Shown in pieces: positions 24,777 to 25,953 of a stretch of 25,953 bases of DNA. Made by a program: the position numbers and the translations under genes. Positions within the stretch are counted from its first letter, which is position 1; each line of letters begins with the position of its first letter. This DNA is from a virus (taxonomy: Duplodnaviria; Caudoviricetes): the IMG/VR virus record IMGVR_UViG_3300025835_000036, positions 1-25,953 of that record; one strand, written 5' to 3'. The notes under the pieces were generated by a model. It was not told the DNA's origin and made no database searches. It worked only from the letters and a program-made list of their open reading frames with translations.

Positions 24777-25174
24777 TAAATGCATTAAAGACTGGTATTT
24801 ATAATAAAGTTACTTCTGCGGGTTCTTTCAATACTGGTATTGGCGGAAGATTTTATTATGAGGTCGCACCGCAGGGGGTAACGTTTCCTTTTTGTACTTA
24901 TCATTTCATAACAGAAACTGAAAGTATAGACTCAGCAACAACATATAAAAATCCAGTTATACAATTTAACATCTACTCTAAAACTTCCGGAACAACAGAA
25001 GTTGGGAATTTAGAAACTTACTTAAAGGCTTTGTTTGATTATGCAAGCTTAACGGTGACAGGTTATTCAAATATTTTAACAAAACCATTTACGGTAAACC
25101 GACTGCCAAAAATAGATGATCAAACAGTATGGCAGACGGTAGTTAGTTATTTAATTTTTTTAGAAAAGAATTAG
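24773..25174 (+). CDS. tail terminator protein (DUF3168 / SPP1 gp17-like)
   Basis: GGRFYY..APQG..FPF..Y, IQFNIYS; position before the tail tube. Confidence 0.8.
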   Translation: MINALKTGIYNKVTSAGSFNTGIGGRFYYEVAPQGVTFPFCTYHFITETESIDSATTYKNPVIQFNIYSKTSGTTEVGNLETYLKALFDYASLTVTGYSNILTKPFTVNRLPKIDDQTVWQTVVSYLIFLEKN

Positions 25175-25184
25175 GGGAAATAAA

Positions 25185-25784
25185 ATGGCAGCAATATCAG
25201 GATCGGCAGGTTATGTAACTTATGGGGCAGCGTTGAATATAACCGGGATTACTAAAGCATCTTCAGCAGTAATCTCAGTTGCTGCAACTGCGGGATTTAC
25301 GGCGGGTGATAGAGTGATCATAAGAGGCGTTGTGGGGATGACAGAAATTAATGGACTTCACGGAACGGTTGTAAGTGTAGTCCTAAATATATCTATTACT
25401 GTTAATATCGACAGCTCAGCATTTACAATTTATACTTCGGGCGGGACTATTACACATACAATCGATGTCACTGGTTTCTCTTATACGGAAACAGCACAGG
25501 TAGCAGATGTAACAGATTCAAGTTCTACAACTTGGAAAGATTTTACCGCATCTGGGTATAAAGGTTTAGATGGTACATTTGAAGGTTTTTTAAAGTCTGG
25601 AATTAATCCGCCATCTTTTGGGTCAGAGATTAGTTTTGGTTTTTATGAAACAGATACGGCGAGTATGACTGGATCGGGTATACTAACGAGTAAGGCAGTA
25701 ACACTCACAGTTGATGGAACAGAAGCGGTTAAAGTTTCTTATTCATTTAAAGGAACGGGAACACAAACAGAAGTAAATTCATAA
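25185..25784 (+). CDS. tail tube protein with an inserted FCCH-like beta domain
   Basis: MAAISG..G, DVTDS...WKDF..G.K...G.FEG tube motifs. Insert ITGITKAS...GDRVII.GV.GMTEING...YTSGG. Confidence 0.8.
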   Translation: MAAISGSAGYVTYGAALNITGITKASSAVISVAATAGFTAGDRVIIRGVVGMTEINGLHGTVVSVVLNISITVNIDSSAFTIYTSGGTITHTIDVTGFSYTETAQVADVTDSSSTTWKDFTASGYKGLDGTFEGFLKSGINPPSFGSEISFGFYETDTASMTGSGILTSKAVTLTVDGTEAVKVSYSFKGTGTQTEVNS

Positions 25785-25803
25785 ATTAAAAAGGGGAATA
25801 TAA

Positions 25804-25953
25804 ATGGCAACTTATTCAGGAAAAGATGGAGCGTTTAGCTACGGCGGGTCAGACTATCCTTGCACAGCTTGGAGCGTAACTCAAACAGCACAGGTAGCTG
25901 ACACAACAGATTCAAGTTCTACAACTTGGAAAGATTTCATTGCGTCCGGATTT
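25804..25953 (+). CDS. second tail tube paralogue (partial, no insert)
   Basis: Manual translation MATYSGKDGAFSYGGSDYPCTAWSVTQTAQVADTTDSSSTTWKDFIASGF; near-identical TAQVAD.TDSSSTTWKDF to the previous gene. Confidence 0.8.
   Translation, partial: MATYSGKDGAFSYGGSDYPCTAWSVTQTAQVADTTDSSSTTWKDFIASGF

Noticed and set aside
25490-25937. Diversity-generating retroelement TR/VR pair in the duplicated tail-tube block
   Set aside because: Differences are not adenine-specific, both copies are coding paralogues, and no reverse transcriptase is present.

Overview
AT-rich segment of a tailed (siphovirus-like) phage or prophage. No integrase, lysis genes or host genes are in view. From left to right: (1) a leftward early unit (1-4573) with a Cro-like HTH, a PD-(D/E)XK exonuclease, a coiled-coil protein, a Redbeta/RecT-like annealase, an FkbM-like methyltransferase and the 5' end of a C5 DNA methyltransferase; (2) a rightward early/replication unit (4777-12683) with a helicase-DNA methyltransferase fusion, a replication initiator, DnaB, a damaged DNA methyltransferase and NinG; (3) a leftward three-gene insert with its own strong promoter, which includes a Csx20-like CRISPR ring-nuclease homologue (12694-13986); (4) a ParB-N gene, a Mom-like DNA hypermodification gene, TerS/TerL, SPP1-type portal/head/neck genes and two paralogous tail-tube genes. 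Three observations stand out. (a) Two clusters of integron attC-like hairpins (115-659 and 4711-5635) bound gene cassettes in an inverted layout: genes start inside the hairpin loop, are translated through one arm, and stop at the TAA|C crossover. (b) A non-canonical tRNA-Gly-like element (15798-15872) overlaps the 3' end of the Mom-like gene. (c) The ring-nuclease-like gene is a candidate anti-type III CRISPR factor. All family assignments come from motif recognition by eye; no searches were run.
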